From positions 3,328,001 through 3,392,000 of the forward strand of contig OZ245006.1 of NCBI GenBank assembly GCA_965223545.1: a stretch of 64,000 nucleotides of DNA, in the 5' to 3' direction. The position numbers and the translations under genes are program-made. The stretch's first letter is position 1. Every line of letters starts with the position of its first letter. This document shows, in pieces, positions 58,938-64,000 of this stretch. The notes beneath the pieces are model-generated. The model was not told the origin of the DNA. It ran no database searches and saw only the letters and a program-made list of their open reading frames with translations. This DNA is from Planctomycetota bacterium. GTDB taxonomy: Bacteria; Planctomycetota; UBA1135; UBA2386.

Positions 58938-61199
58938 ATGCAGTTTGTGGACCGAGTCTCTTCGACCGTCGTCGCGGCGATCGCGCTGAGCGCGAGCCTT
59001 GCCGCCCTCCCCCAGCAGCCGCAACTCGATGCGCCTCGCGAAGATGCGCTGGACCGGCCGATTCCGTTGGACGCGTTCTCGGTGCCGATCCACACCGGCG
59101 AAGGAGAACAGGGCGTCGACTACGGCATCTGGGCGTCCGGCCCGGACTACAAGGTGTCGTTCCACGACGGCATGACGTTCTACCCCGTGCTGGGCGCGGA
59201 CGCGCCGCGCAACCTGCCGGTGCGCTGGGTGACGACGTCGGTGCGCGTCGGCGAACGCGAGATGGTGGGCGATGTGCCGCGCACGCACCACACCGACTGG
59301 CGCTTCGAGTACCGGCACGCCGGCTTCACCGAGGCATACGACGTGCGCGTCGACGGCGTCGAGCAGACGTTCGTGCTGCAACGCCGTCCGGATGGCGCAG
59401 GCGACCTCGTGATCCGCGGCCGGCTGGACACCGAACTGCGCACCGACCACTCACCGGCGCAGGTCGGCGAGCTGGTGCTGCGGGATGGCGGCGGTCAGCC
59501 CATCGTGCGCTACGGGCAGGCGCTGGCGTTCGACGCCGCCGGCCGCACGCGCGACGTGACCTCGCAGTTCGACGGCGAGGCCGTCGAGCTGCGTCTGTCG
59601 GCGGACTTCTTGGCGAACGCCACCTATCCACTCACCGTGGACCCGCTGCTGAGCACCGCGCTCGTGGCCGCCGGAGGAGGCCGCATCCTCGACATGTCGA
59701 TCGGGCGCAACGACCGCGAGGACGAGCTCATGGTCGGGTTCATCCGCGAAGTCTCGGCCGGCGACAACGACGTCTACGTGCACCTGATGAAAGACAACTG
59801 GGCGTTTACGACGCCGGTGTTCACGGACATCTCTTCGCAGTGGGCGCACTGGAGTATCGATCTGGCGTACGTCGCCGGCGCCCAAAGCTGGGTCGCGGCG
59901 TACAACCGTGGAGTAGGGGCCAGCCGTCAGATCCGCGTGCACTACCACGACGGCGGAGATTTCTCGATGAGCGCCGTCCTGCAGTTCCTCACCAATGCCG
60001 ACTACGCCAACGACATTTCGGTTGGAGGTAGCTCCGACACGTCGTCGACCGAGGCCCTGATCGCCTATCGCAAGGACGTAGGCATCTCCAACACAACCCG
60101 GTCCCAAGTCCGCGCGTTCGTCCTCGACGCAGCCGCGCGCCGTTCGGTCACCGAATTCCAGGTCAATGACACTAGTTCAATTCGGGATGCCGAGCACTGT
60201 CAAGTCAACGAGCGACGGCAGCTGGGCGGATTCCCCTGGTTCGTGACGTACCAAGAGTTGGACTACTACTACACGATCCCCGATTGGCGCGTCCACATCG
60301 CACGGGTGTGGGACGACGGTCGCACCGAGCGGGCGGAGATCGGTGATCCCGGCACCGCGGTGCACGATGTCGCGCCGCACATCGACGCCAGCCACGACCG
60401 TGCGCTGGTGGCCTTCCACCAGCGGCCCAACACCGGCACGCTTCCCGCGCTCTTCGCCAAGAACGTGTGGACCCAACGCGTCGATTGGCCGTTGGCGTCG
60501 GCGCAGCCCACGATCCGTGCTCCGCAGGAGCTCACTCGGCTCTCGGACGAGGTGCAGCTCGGCGGTGTCGCCTTCGATACGCTCACCAAGAGCCACTGGA
60601 CGATCGTCGCCGGCCAGTTCAGCGGCGTTCCGACGTTGAGGGTCTGGCGCGTGGGTCACGACGGTCTCTCCGCAGAAGCAGAGTTGATCAGCGGAGCAGC
60701 CAGCTACCAATTTGCGGCTGTCACGTTCGACGACGACGCACGGGAGTTCTCGATCGCGTTCCACGGCGGCGACAACGTGCTCGGCACCAAGATGGCCTAT
60801 CACAGGGGCGTCCACGCGACGGTGAGCGGCACCGGATGTGGGAGCGCCACGATGCGCCCGCGCGGAACGTCGCACTCCTATCTGCCCTGGTCGGGGACCT
60901 CGAACTTCGGGGTCACCCTCAACAACGCGCCCAGCGGCACAACCGCGGTGCTGATGTTCTCCGGTGCTCCAGCGACGGTCAGCCTGGCGAGCTTCGGGCT
61001 GCCGAACTGCAACCTGCTCCTCGATCCGGCGCAACTCACTGGCAGCATCAGCGTGCAGCTCTCGAGCGGGTTCTACGACCTGCCAATGCGGATCCCGAGC
61101 GGCGTTGCCGGCAACCTCAGCATGCAGTGGGTGTACTTCGATCCGGCGGCGACCGGCGGGCTGAGCTTGACCGAGCGGTTGAGCATTCTGGTCAAGTAG
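58938..61199 (+). CDS. Large secreted protein: N-terminal domain ending YP(L/V)T(V/I)DP, beta-rich middle region, shared C-terminal domain
   Basis: ATG 58938, signal peptide ending LAALPQQ. YGIWASGPDYK...TEAYDVRVDGVEQTFVL...ATYPLTVDP. C-terminal GTGCG...CNLLLDP...MQWVYFD...RLSILVK. Confidence 0.8.
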   Translation: MQFVDRVSSTVVAAIALSASLAALPQQPQLDAPREDALDRPIPLDAFSVPIHTGEGEQGVDYGIWASGPDYKVSFHDGMTFYPVLGADAPRNLPVRWVTTSVRVGEREMVGDVPRTHHTDWRFEYRHAGFTEAYDVRVDGVEQTFVLQRRPDGAGDLVIRGRLDTELRTDHSPAQVGELVLRDGGGQPIVRYGQALAFDAAGRTRDVTSQFDGEAVELRLSADFLANATYPLTVDPLLSTALVAAGGGRILDMSIGRNDREDELMVGFIREVSAGDNDVYVHLMKDNWAFTTPVFTDISSQWAHWSIDLAYVAGAQSWVAAYNRGVGASRQIRVHYHDGGDFSMSAVLQFLTNADYANDISVGGSSDTSSTEALIAYRKDVGISNTTRSQVRAFVLDAAARRSVTEFQVNDTSSIRDAEHCQVNERRQLGGFPWFVTYQELDYYYTIPDWRVHIARVWDDGRTERAEIGDPGTAVHDVAPHIDASHDRALVAFHQRPNTGTLPALFAKNVWTQRVDWPLASAQPTIRAPQELTRLSDEVQLGGVAFDTLTKSHWTIVAGQFSGVPTLRVWRVGHDGLSAEAELISGAASYQFAAVTFDDDAREFSIAFHGGDNVLGTKMAYHRGVHATVSGTGCGSATMRPRGTSHSYLPWSGTSNFGVTLNNAPSGTTAVLMFSGAPATVSLASFGLPNCNLLLDPAQLTGSISVQLSSGFYDLPMRIPSGVAGNLSMQWVYFDPAATGGLSLTERLSILVK

Positions 61200-61208
61200 C
61201 GGCAGATG

Positions 61209-61232
61209 CGGCCCCGGAGACTTCCGGGGCCG
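61209..61232. terminator. Perfect 10-bp hairpin CGGCCCCGGA-GACT-TCCGGGGCCG after the stop codon
   Basis: Inverted repeat 9 nt after TAG 61199. No U-tract, so terminator versus stability hairpin is uncertain. Confidence 0.4.
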
Positions 61233-61326
61233 AAATCGGAAGGAAGTCCGTGACGCCCGGGGGGGATCGCGGGTGAGGAGGCGTGGCCGCGCTCGGCGGC
61301 CAGAGAACCTCCTACCTGGCGATCCA

Positions 61327-63612
61327 ATGAAACCACTGACTCCCGCCCTGTTCGGCCTGCTGGCCGCGCTGTCCCCCGCTTTCGCCCAGGAGCCCGGCTC
61401 CGCCGCGCCAAGACCGTCACAACCGGCGGTCGACGGCGAGTGGATGCTGCCGCTGCACACCATGGCCGACGACCCCGAAGGAGGTCGCTACGGCACTTGG
61501 GCAGCGGGCCCCGACTACAAGGCAGCCTTCGACGACGGCTTCACCTTCTATCCGGTCCTCGGCGAGACCTATCCGGACAACCTGCCACTGCGTTGGCGGA
61601 CCGACACCATCACGGTGGGTGGCGCGGTGCTCGTCGACGGCAGTGCGCAGGCCCGGCGCAACGTCGACGAGTGGCGCTACGAGCTGCGCTACGGCGCGGT
61701 CACCGAGGCCTACGACATCCGCCGGGACGGCGTCGAGCAGACCTTCGTGCTGCAGCGCGACACGGGCGCCGGCGATGTCGTGGTGAGTGGAGTCATCGAC
61801 ACGCCCCTGCACAGCGCGAACGCGCTGGCCGCGGTACAGAGCCTCTCCTTCGTCGACGGCGAAGGTCGGCCGGTCATCCGCTACGGTGAAGCCCTTGCCT
61901 TCGACGCGCGCGACCGCCGCATCCCAGTGCAGACGAGCTTCGACGGCGAGCGGATCCAGCTGCGCCTCGATGGCGCGTGGCTCGCCGGCGCGACCTACCC
62001 GGTCACCATCGACCCGCTGACATCGTCGACGGTGATCGTCGCGGGTGGCGGATTCGTCAACTACCCCAACCTCGCGCGCGACGGCAGCAACAACCGGATC
62101 ATGGCGGTGTTCTCTCGGCCGAGCTCGGGATCGGACTACGACCTCTACGGCAAGCTGCTCAACGACGACCTGACGTTCGTGGCGTCGGCGTTCAGCGACG
62201 TCACCGCGAGCTGGAGCACGCGTTACGCCTCCGTGGCGTATGCGCAGAGCGCCGACAAGTGGATGATCGCGCTGGGTCGCGAGAACCTCCCCGGTGCCGG
62301 CGTCCGCGTCTACTTCCACTCGGGTGCCAGCACGTCGCTGAACACCGGCAACATCATCGCCACGACGCGCCCCAGCGGCTACCAGGACCAGCACCCGAGC
62401 ATCGGTGGCAACTCGACCGATACCGCGCTCGGGCGCGGCTACCTCGTGTTCCGTCGCGATCAAGGCAGCGGCTCTCCCAACGAGATGCACTCGCGGGTCT
62501 ACGGTGTGGTCGTCCAGCCGCAAACGGAGTCCTTCGGGGTGCAGAACAACCTGCACACCGCGCCGGGGTTCGGCCTCTACGACGCCGAGTGGCCGTGCGT
62601 CACGCGTGACAACGGCGGACTCGGCTCTTGGGCGGTGGCCTGGCAAGAGCAGGACCACACCTTCGGCCCCGGCGAGCCCTGGGTGATCGTCGGCCACCGC
62701 GTGGGTGGCCTCGGCCAGCTCAGCACGTCGACCGTCCTGGTCGACGGTGGCAGGGCGAATTCGCACAAGCTGCACCCGCAGGTTTCTGGAGCGGCCGGCC
62801 GCTACTTGCTCAGCTACGTGGAACGCGACAACGTGCTGCCGTTCAGCCACCTCACTGGTGACGCGTTCTACACCCAGCGCTTCGACTGGCCAAACGCAGC
62901 GGCCGCGCCGACGGTGATGGTGCCGCGTTCGGTCCTCGCGCCGGGCGGGAACGGCCTGCGCACCAATCTCACCAATCGGGCGATCGCGTTCGACTCCGAC
63001 ACCGAGTCGCACTGGGCGGTGACCTACCGCACCGTCGCCAACGACCTCTACATCGCGCGTCTCGGCATGTCCGGGCGCGTCGTCGAGAGCGGCTTGGTCT
63101 ACGCCGATCCGACCCTGGCCGCCGGCTCCGCCAGCGTGTGCTACAACCCCGTCGACCACGAGTTCGCGGTAGTGTTCGGCACCCAGCTGTTCAGCCGCCT
63201 CGAAGGCCGGCACTTCACCTATCAGCCAGCCGCGAACACCGTCTTCGGCACCGCTTGCGGTCCGCTCACCATCGCCGGCCAGAACCGCGGCAAGTTCGAG
63301 CAACCCTTCGCCGGCTCCGAGTTCTTCGAGCTGACGCTGAACGGCCTGCCCAACGCGCCTTCGGCGTTGTTCGTCAGCCTGGCGCAAGCACCCGGCCGCA
63401 TCCCGGTCGGCGGCTGCTCACTGCTGCTCGACCCCAACGCGAGCTTCCAGCACGTGCTGACGACGACCACCAACGTGCTCGGCCGACTCACCGTGCCGGT
63501 GCCGCTGCCCGACACCATCACCAACGCCGACGTATTCTGGCAGTTCTTCCAGTACGACGTCGCCCAAGCGCGGCTCCTCGCCTCCGAAGGCCTGCAAACC
63601 AGCATCAGGTGA
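61327..63612 (+). CDS. Tandem paralogue of 58938..61199 (secreted, shared C-terminal domain)
   Basis: MKPLTPALFGLLAALSPAFAQ; YGTWAAGPDYK...TEAYDIRRDGVEQTFVL...ATYPVTIDP; C-terminal FGTACG...CSLLLDP...FWQFFQYD...GLQTSIR. Confidence 0.82.
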   Translation: MKPLTPALFGLLAALSPAFAQEPGSAAPRPSQPAVDGEWMLPLHTMADDPEGGRYGTWAAGPDYKAAFDDGFTFYPVLGETYPDNLPLRWRTDTITVGGAVLVDGSAQARRNVDEWRYELRYGAVTEAYDIRRDGVEQTFVLQRDTGAGDVVVSGVIDTPLHSANALAAVQSLSFVDGEGRPVIRYGEALAFDARDRRIPVQTSFDGERIQLRLDGAWLAGATYPVTIDPLTSSTVIVAGGGFVNYPNLARDGSNNRIMAVFSRPSSGSDYDLYGKLLNDDLTFVASAFSDVTASWSTRYASVAYAQSADKWMIALGRENLPGAGVRVYFHSGASTSLNTGNIIATTRPSGYQDQHPSIGGNSTDTALGRGYLVFRRDQGSGSPNEMHSRVYGVVVQPQTESFGVQNNLHTAPGFGLYDAEWPCVTRDNGGLGSWAVAWQEQDHTFGPGEPWVIVGHRVGGLGQLSTSTVLVDGGRANSHKLHPQVSGAAGRYLLSYVERDNVLPFSHLTGDAFYTQRFDWPNAAAAPTVMVPRSVLAPGGNGLRTNLTNRAIAFDSDTESHWAVTYRTVANDLYIARLGMSGRVVESGLVYADPTLAAGSASVCYNPVDHEFAVVFGTQLFSRLEGRHFTYQPAANTVFGTACGPLTIAGQNRGKFEQPFAGSEFFELTLNGLPNAPSALFVSLAQAPGRIPVGGCSLLLDPNASFQHVLTTTTNVLGRLTVPVPLPDTITNADVFWQFFQYDVAQARLLASEGLQTSIR

Positions 63613-63626
63613 AGGTACGGAGCCAG

Positions 63627-63863
63627 TCCTGCCCCGACAGATTTTGTCGGCCCTTCAGGGCAGGAAACTAGCCGCTGAGGAAGGGGGCGGGGAACGTGTG
63701 AGGGGCCCGGCAGCTACGCCCCCAATAGCCACTGGAGCACGTTTGCCCCAGAGCCAGTCTGGGTCCGAGTTGGCCATCCTTCACTGGTGAGGGGCACGTC
63801 GCCGTGCCCACTCCCGCAGGTCAGATTCGTTTGATCGCCGCCTCGGGCCGGGCCCACCACAAC
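63627..63863 (+). ncRNA. Candidate bridge RNA / seekRNA in the IS110 5' non-coding region
   Basis: ~250 nt non-coding leader with several stems: TCCTGCCC/GGGCAGGA enclosing CCGACA/TGTCGG; AACGTG/CACGTT; TGCCCC/GGGGCA or alternatively GGGCACG/CGTGCCC. It contains GAGCCAGTC (63751-63759), identical to the insertion junction. Boundaries are approximate. Confidence 0.5.
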
Positions 63864-63877
63864 AAGGAGGATGAAGT

Positions 63878-64000
63878 ATGGCTCGGAAGGGCAGAACGAG
63901 GAAGGGCAAGAAGCCCGCAGCGGAAGTATTACCAGTCGTGAAGCCCAACGCCGCCGGAATCGACATCGGCAGCCGCGAGCACTGGGTGTGCGCAGCAGCA
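63878..64000 (+). CDS. IS110 family transposase/recombinase (DEDD RuvC-like N-terminus, partial)
   Basis: AAGGAGG RBS at 63864-63870; MARKGRTRKGKKPAAEVLPVVKPNAAGIDIGSREHWVCAAA, with the xxGIDxxx first catalytic Asp motif. Missing from the ORF track because it has no stop. Confidence 0.85.
   Translation, partial: MARKGRTRKGKKPAAEVLPVVKPNAAGIDIGSREHWVCAAA

Larger units (their letters stand above)
63627..64000 (+). mobile_element. IS110-family insertion sequence, left end (truncated by the window edge)
   Basis: Transposase N-terminus at 63878. The left boundary is inferred from where similarity to the intact repeat at 32672-32688 stops (after ...GGAGCCAG at 63626). Confidence 0.75.

Overview
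High-GC window with dense coding. The gene content points to an uncultured Planctomycetota-like bacterium (inference): four ECF sigma factors, two Ser/Thr kinases, a sulfatase and many secreted repeat proteins. About 40 real CDS can be supported; most ORFs in the six-frame track are GC-rich shadow ORFs. Main contents: three tandem ELWxxDGT-repeat paralogues; two ECF sigma factors fused to a membrane anchor plus carboxypeptidase-regulatory-like repeats; two ECF/Ser-Thr kinase pairs, each followed by secreted protein gene(s); ThrE/Lrp, MerR, oligopeptidase B, ApaG, a GNAT-nitrilase and a hybrid histidine kinase; a 12.7 kb MoxR-ABC-DUF58-VWA operon; a TetR/serine hydrolase pair; and the left end of an IS110-family element at the right edge. 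Four observations stand out. (1) The first gene of the MoxR operon has an in-frame TGA in an HxHGPG-[TGA]-x4-C context followed by a SECIS-like hairpin, making it a candidate new selenoprotein. (2) The IS110 element has a structured ~250 nt 5' non-coding region (candidate bridge RNA) and interrupts a short palindromic repeat whose intact copy lies at 32667-32688. (3) Seven secreted proteins with four unrelated passenger types share a ~125-130 aa C-terminal domain, a candidate sorting or anchoring signal. (4) Both ECF-fusion genes carry a nucleotide-conserved internal RBS+ATG just before the membrane segment, suggesting two products per gene. No rRNA, tRNA or CRISPR array was recognised.
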